13,393 nucleotides of DNA from Fonticula alba ATCC 38817 (lineage: Eukaryota; Protista; Nucleariida), in the NCBI GenBank assembly GCA_000388065.2, contig KB932207.1; one strand, written 5' to 3'. The notes under the pieces were generated by a model that was given only the letters and a program-made list of their open reading frames with translations, searched no databases and was not told where the DNA came from. This document shows, piece after piece, positions 8,516-13,393 of the stretch. The number at the start of each line of letters is the position of its first letter. Within the stretch, counting starts at the first letter, position 1. A program made the translations under genes and the position numbers.

Positions 8516-9651
8516 CCCCCCCCCCCCCTCCCCGACCCACAGGGACTGGTCGAGGGCCGCTGGCCGATCTGCGGCACAAGGCGGGCCCGGTCACCCTCGC
8601 CAACGGACGCGCCGCCCGACGGCCGGGACAATTTGCGCGTCCGCCCGAATCCCCTGCCCAAGGGGGCGGGCCGAGAAGGGGGGGGGGGCCGAGAAGCGCC
8701 AACAATGCTCACCAGGAACACATATATAATACCCCAGGCCGTCCCCTGCCTCTCATCCTCGTCCCGCGCCCCCGCGCCCCCTCCCCCCGGGGGAAAGAAG
8801 ACCCCCGCCTGCCCCTTTGGAAGCCGGAGCCCCTTGAGGCCCAGGCCCCGATCCCACGGCCGTCGGGCGACAGCGATTTTGGCCCAGCCGTCGGGGGCGC
8901 GCGCGCGCGCAGGCACGCCAGTGCATCCCTTCCGGGAGGGTGGGCGGGGGATCTGAAACAGGCAGCCGTGCCCTTTCGAAGCCGGCCTCTCCGCGCGCGC
9001 GCGCGCGCGCGCGCACACCGGTGGCCGGGATGTACCCCTGACAAAGAAGATGCCCGGGGGGACGGGGGGGAACATGCCCCCGCCGAACGACATCCAAACA
9101 CCCGGCCTCCAGCCAACACTCATGCCCCCCCCCCCACACACACACAACGGGGGGGGGTCCCGCCGCGTCGGCGTGGCCGACCGCGTGCATGCATCTCCCC
9201 TTCGCCCATCCCGCGTCACCACGCCTTCCCCGGTCCGCCGAAACGACCGACCGAAGGCACGCGGGAAAATGCCGCCCGCATGCCGACGCACAGGCCCGCC
9301 CAGCCCCGCCGAAGCGCCCGCCACACAGGCGGGCACACCGCGCGGATGTGCGCACAAACACGCCCCCCCCGGCGACGGAGGCCATTCTGGTGACACGCTG
9401 TTGACCGGACAGCGTTCTGGTCGTTTTGAAAACAATCTGGTCGGCCGGGCGTGGCTCCCAACGGACCGGGGCTTTCCCCGCAATCACCGCCAGACGTGCG
9501 CCGCCGCCGACGCCGACGCCGCCGGCGGGGAACCGGGGGGGAGGGGGGGGCAGTCTTTCGGGGTGGTGTATTGTGCAAACATGCCGGAGAGCACGACGAG
9601 GGGGGGAGGGGGGGGGGGGGGGGGCGGAGAGCAAGGGCTCGTGGGGGATAC

Positions 9652-9990
9652 TCACTCGGAGGTCGCGCGCAGCGACACCTTGCCCTCGGTGAAGACAAGG
9701 TTCTCAAGCAGGAAGTCCCGCGCGGAGACGGTGCTGTCCGGGCCGAGGGCCCGCGAGAGGGTCTTCTCCAGATCGCCAAAGGACCGGGCCTTCTTCGAGG
9801 CCAGGTGCTTGGACACGGCCTCCAGCGCGGCGGCCGGCAGGCCAGCAGACGACTCCTCGGCCTTGGCCTTCTTGGCCTTCTTGGCCGACTTGTCCTTCTT
9901 GGCCGACTTGTCCTTCTTCTCCTTCTTCTCCTTGGGCAGAACCTCCTCCACGGCGGCAGGCGCCTCCTCCACGGCGGCAGGCGCCTCCTC
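9652..9990 (-). CDS. LYAR: 3' part of a LYAR-like nucleolar protein: E/A/K-rich linker plus C-terminal helical domain (5' end lost in gap)
   Basis: EEAPAAVEEAPAAVEEVLPKEKKEKKDKSAKK...RDFLLENLVFTEGKVSLRATSE*. The K/E-rich linker and final FL..LV...GK/Q...R segment resemble my recollection of the C-terminus of fungal LYAR homologues (yeast YCR087C-A ends ...TFLKSLVVDSEGQIRYAKE). Assignment to the upstream zinc-finger exons is inference. Confidence 0.62.
   Translation of the reverse strand, partial: EEAPAAVEEAPAAVEEVLPKEKKEKKDKSAKKDKSAKKAKKAKAEESSAGLPAAALEAVSKHLASKKARSFGDLEKTLSRALGPDSTVSARDFLLENLVFTEGKVSLRATSE
9943..9990 (-). repeat. Coding 21-bp tandem repeat (EEAPAAV)n running into the gap
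   Basis: GAGGAGGCGCCTGCCGCCGTG x2 plus GAGGAG, truncated by Ns at 9991. A separate perfect 18-bp duplication lies at 9881-9916 in the KKDKSA-repeat region. Confidence 0.9.
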
Positions 9991-10501
9991 NNNNNNNNNN
10001 NNNNNNNNNNNNNNNNNNNNNNNNNNNNNNNNNNNNNNNNNNNNNNNNNNNNNNNNNNNNNNNNNNNNNNNNNNNNNNNNNNNNNNNNNNNNNNNNNNNN
10101 NNNNNNNNNNNNNNNNNNNNNNNNNNNNNNNNNNNNNNNNNNNNNNNNNNNNNNNNNNNNNNNNNNNNNNNNNNNNNNNNNNNNNNNNNNNNNNNNNNNN
10201 NNNNNNNNNNNNNNNNNNNNNNNNNNNNNNNNNNNNNNNNNNNNNNNNNNNNNNNNNNNNNNNNNNNNNNNNNNNNNNNNNNNNNNNNNNNNNNNNNNNN
10301 NNNNNNNNNNNNNNNNNNNNNNNNNNNNNNNNNNNNNNNNNNNNNNNNNNNNNNNNNNNNNNNNNNNNNNNNNNNNNNNNNNNNNNNNNNNNNNNNNNNN
10401 NNNNNNNNNNNNNNNNNNNNNNNNNNNNNNNNNNNNNNNNNNNNNNNNNNNNNNNNNNNNNNNNNNNNNNNNNNNNNNNNNNNNNNNNNNNNNNNNNNNN
10501 N
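9991..10501. other. Assembly gap (511 N)
   Basis: Run of N. Confidence 1.
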
Positions 10502-10899
10502 CTCCCGTGGGTCCCCTCGTCCCCGGGGACACGCGTTTCTCCCCCCCCCCCCCCCCCCCCCAGCCCACGGGAAGGAAAACAAGGGACACGCCCGCGCGGG
10601 CGGCCCAGGTCGGAAGCCATTGAGCGTGGGCATATGTATTTGAAATGACATTCTGAGGGTACTCGCACCAATGCGACTGATGCGTTGGCGCTTGGGCGGC
10701 GCGGAAGGCCGCAGGAGAAGAAGAAGAAGAAGGACGCCCCGCGGTCCCGCGCTGCACCGGGGGGGCACACGACGCAGGGGGGGGGCGGGGGAAGCAACAA
10801 GGGAAGGGCCAAGAGGAGGCGGGGCCCCCGCGCCGCGCACACGCACAAAGACACACGCACAAAGACACACATGTACACATATGCAACCTCCCCCGCCCC

Positions 10900-12199
10900 T
10901 CAGGTCCGGTAGCTCACCGGGCCGTCGGAGTACAGATCGGGCAGGTCCTCGCCGGAGAAGCCGCCCGCGCCGTCACGCACGGTCCAGTACTCGCCGGTGA
11001 AGGCAAAGCGCCCGGCCTCGTCGGTCTGGAACCAACGCGGGTTCCACGTCGGCGGGGAAGTGGTACCGAGCTCGGCCATGGCCTGCTCGCGGGCCGCGCG
11101 CTGGCGGTTCTCCAGGCGGTCCTTCTCCACTTCGGCCTCCTCGAACTGGCACTCCTCCAGCATGCGCTGGTCCGTGCGGAAGCGAGTATCCGTCCGGGGC
11201 AGCAGCTCCGGACACTGGTTCGGGTCATTGAGGCCCACCGCGAACTCCGAGAAGCCGAACTGCTGGAGGTGGTTCGCCGGCGGGGGGGTTGCCCGCCAGA
11301 TGACCTCGCCATTGGCCAGCTGGGGAGCCGAGAACTGCAGCGATTCGTCCCACCGGCCGGAGAGGGTGCCAGCCGGACAGCTGTGCCAAGCAGGTGGGGG
11401 GAGGGAGGGGGGACCGACCCATGCACACGGGTGCGGCGCACGCATGAACGGAGAGGCGCGCGCGCGCATATGCCGCCAGAGGAGAGGGAACGGGTAAGTA
11501 CACGCACAAGCAGGCAGGGGCCACGGCGCGCCGAGAACAAGGAGCGAGGCAGGACTGGCGGAAAGACACAGTAGGCAGGGCAGACAGGCAGGTAGGCAGG
11601 CGAAGAGCGCACCCTGGCACGGACAGCTGTCCGGTCACTTCGTTCTTGTTGGCAGACGCGCTGGCGCCGCCGCCCCAGAAGCCGCCACCGCTGGCAGCGA
11701 CAAACTCGATCTCGGCCACAGCACGCCCGGTGGCCAACTCGCTGGCCACCACCATGGTGCCGTGATGCTCGATCGAGCGATTGGCACTCAGGGCATTGCG
11801 CAGGGTGGAGGTCACGCGCTCCCAGCTGTAGCGCTCGGTGACCGGGGCACCGCCGGGGCCGGCCGCCACGTGCAGGTCCAGGAACACCGTCCCGCCATAG
11901 GACATCTCGATGGACCGGCCGCCGAACTTCTGCGTCGGGCGGAGATCCTGCCACATGGTGTAGTTGATTGAAGAGCAGTGCGTGGCCACGATGAACGGGT
12001 GGTGCGAGACCTTCTCACTGAAGAAGCGGAACCCCGGCCCGGCCGGGCCCGGCCCGGCCGGCTGGACAAACTCGAAGGTCTCGCCCAACAGCGGGTTGAA
12101 GGGCTTCCGGTTGAAGCGCACCGCCGTCCGGGCATAGCTGGATACGGCAAAGGCCGACACCAGAGCCAGACGCCGAAGGGGATTGTCGGACGAGGCAGC
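10900..12199 (-). CDS. Oxysterol-binding-protein-related domain (ORD; OSBP/ORP/Osh family), 5'-partial, 355 aa visible. Exons 12199-11613 and 11380-10900.
   Basis: Motifs: AFAVSSYA, RKPFNPLLGETFE, fingerprint EKVSHHPF, LSGRWDE, FGFSEFAVGLN, LPRTDTRFRTDQRMLE, EKDRLENRQR, WNPRWF, LPDLY. Intron 11612-11381 (gtgcgc...gcacag, phase 2). Acceptor ttggcag at 12201-12200. The N-terminal lid of the ORD is absent from the visible sequence. Confidence 0.92.
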
Positions 12200-12304
12200 C
12201 TGCCAAGCGGGATGGGCGTGCACATATGCATACAAACACACGAGGAGCAGCAGGGACCGTGAGTGATGGCCAGGCCCAGGGAGGGGGAGGGGGGCGGGGG
12301 GGGG

Positions 12305-12582
12305 NNNNNNNNNNNNNNNNNNNNNNNNNNNNNNNNNNNNNNNNNNNNNNNNNNNNNNNNNNNNNNNNNNNNNNNNNNNNNNNNNNNNNNNNNNNNNNNN
12401 NNNNNNNNNNNNNNNNNNNNNNNNNNNNNNNNNNNNNNNNNNNNNNNNNNNNNNNNNNNNNNNNNNNNNNNNNNNNNNNNNNNNNNNNNNNNNNNNNNNN
12501 NNNNNNNNNNNNNNNNNNNNNNNNNNNNNNNNNNNNNNNNNNNNNNNNNNNNNNNNNNNNNNNNNNNNNNNNNNNNNNNNNN
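12305..12582. other. Assembly gap (278 N)
   Basis: Run of N with G-runs on both sides (+ strand). Confidence 1.
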
Positions 12583-12598
12583 GGGGGGCGGACAGTAC

Positions 12599-12946
12599 CT
12601 TGTTGTTGCGGACCGTCACGCCGGACTTCTTCCCACGATACAGGGCGCCCTGGTACTTCTCGGCCTCGGTGACGCACTGGTTGTGGGCCTTGTACTCGGC
12701 CGGCGTGTAGAAGGTGGTCGAGCAGTCGATGCAGGAGAAAGAGGCCTGGCAGCGCTGGCTATGGAGGGGGAGGGAAGAGCCCAGGATGGGCAGGGGAACC
12801 AGCGGGGCAGGGGACAGTGAGCAATGGGAGCTGAAACCGCACGCGACGAGGGGGTGTGAAACAAAATCAGGGGACACGCACCGGTGGAAGTCCAGACGCG
12901 CCTTCTTGACGGTGTCCTGGCAGTTATCACAGACAAAGGAGACCAT
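12599..12946 (-). CDS. LYAR: 5' part of LYAR (cell growth-regulating nucleolar protein), tandem C2HC zinc fingers, 75 aa. Exons 12946-12882 and 12758-12599.
   Basis: MVSFVCDNCQDTVKKARLDFHRQRCQASFSCIDCSTTFYTPAEYKAHNQCVTEAEKYQGALYRGKK matches the LYAR-type zinc-finger signature. Intron 12881-12759 (gtgcgt...ccatag, phase 2). The next donor is AAG|gtactg at 12598 (phase 0). Confidence 0.93.
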
Positions 12947-12952
12947 GTTTAC

Positions 12953-12985
<33 letters not shown>

Positions 12986-13009
12986 CGCGTGGAATTGGAC
13001 GGCGAACAG

Positions 13010-13010
<1 letters not shown>

Positions 13011-13091
<81 letters not shown>
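13011..13091. repeat. 81-nt G homopolymer (poly-C on the LYAR sense strand), with a (GT)n/(GC)n tract at ~12952-12990
   Basis: Uninterrupted G run 65-145 nt upstream of the LYAR ATG. Confidence 0.85.
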
Positions 13092-13092
<1 letters not shown>

Positions 13093-13393
13093 GAATGCAG
13101 GGGAGTTGCTGGGCTTGGCAGCGGGCATAGCCAACCCGGCAACACTTGCTGATGAGGCTTGACTGATCGAGTAGCCCCTCCCCGCCCCCTCCCCGCCCCC
13201 GCCCGGCGATCTGCCTGCCAGTGCTCTTGACTCTGGCACGAGTCGGCAGAGTCGATCGCACGGCCAGAGCACGCACGCCCCTCCCTCCCTCCCTCCCTCC
13301 CTCGTGGGCCAAGGCCGGGGCATCTGTCCGGATACCGCACCGCAAGGCGCACAATCCCCCCCCACTGTGCCGGCCCGCACCACTCACCGCCCC

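Noticed and set aside
8516-9650. Protein-coding gene between CTL and the LYAR 3' part
   Set aside because: ORFs here are G/P/R low-complexity, with no motif and no consistent exon chain.
10640-10685. ATGA...CTGA...CTGA pattern suggestive of a C/D box snoRNA
   Set aside because: No proper RUGAUGA box C or terminal stem, and it is antisense to the neighbouring genes.
10841-10870. 14-bp direct repeat acgcacaaagacac x2 after the ORP stop
   Set aside because: Simple slippage duplication in CA-rich sequence; not a CRISPR array or element terminus.
11225-13387. 720-aa ORF as a single continuous protein
   Set aside because: It reads through introns, an N gap of estimated length and poly-C. The LYAR and ORD parts sharing a frame across the gap is not evidence of fusion by itself.

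Overview
GC-rich, intron-rich eukaryotic genomic DNA from a draft assembly. It has three N-gaps (8166-8515, 9991-10501, 12305-12582), abundant poly-C/poly-G runs and microsatellites. The gene content and splice signals fit a unicellular opisthokont; a Fonticula-like protist is a guess only. I modelled splicing by hand. (1) A 3-exon + strand gene (416-1629) encodes an uncharacterised coiled-coil/acidic protein. (2) An apparently intronless + strand SpoU/TrmH (SPOUT) 2'-O-methyltransferase, MRM3/RNMTL1-like, with a putative mitochondrial presequence (2126-3985). (3) A convergent 11-exon - strand choline-transporter-like gene (SLC44/CTL/PNS1, 654 aa, 4349-8035) whose frame is restored by a 4-nt micro-exon at 7807-7810. 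(4) A - strand LYAR-type C2HC zinc-finger nucleolar protein gene in two pieces (12946-12599 and 9990-9652). (5) Between those two pieces, on the same strand and bounded by gaps on both sides, a 5'-truncated oxysterol-binding-protein-related domain gene (12199-10900). The LYAR/ORP interleaving is the most striking feature but may well be a scaffolding misplacement. The micro-exon is the best-supported unusual feature. Most long ORFs in the supplied track are antisense or low-complexity shadows. No rRNA, tRNA, CRISPR array or mobile element was recognised.
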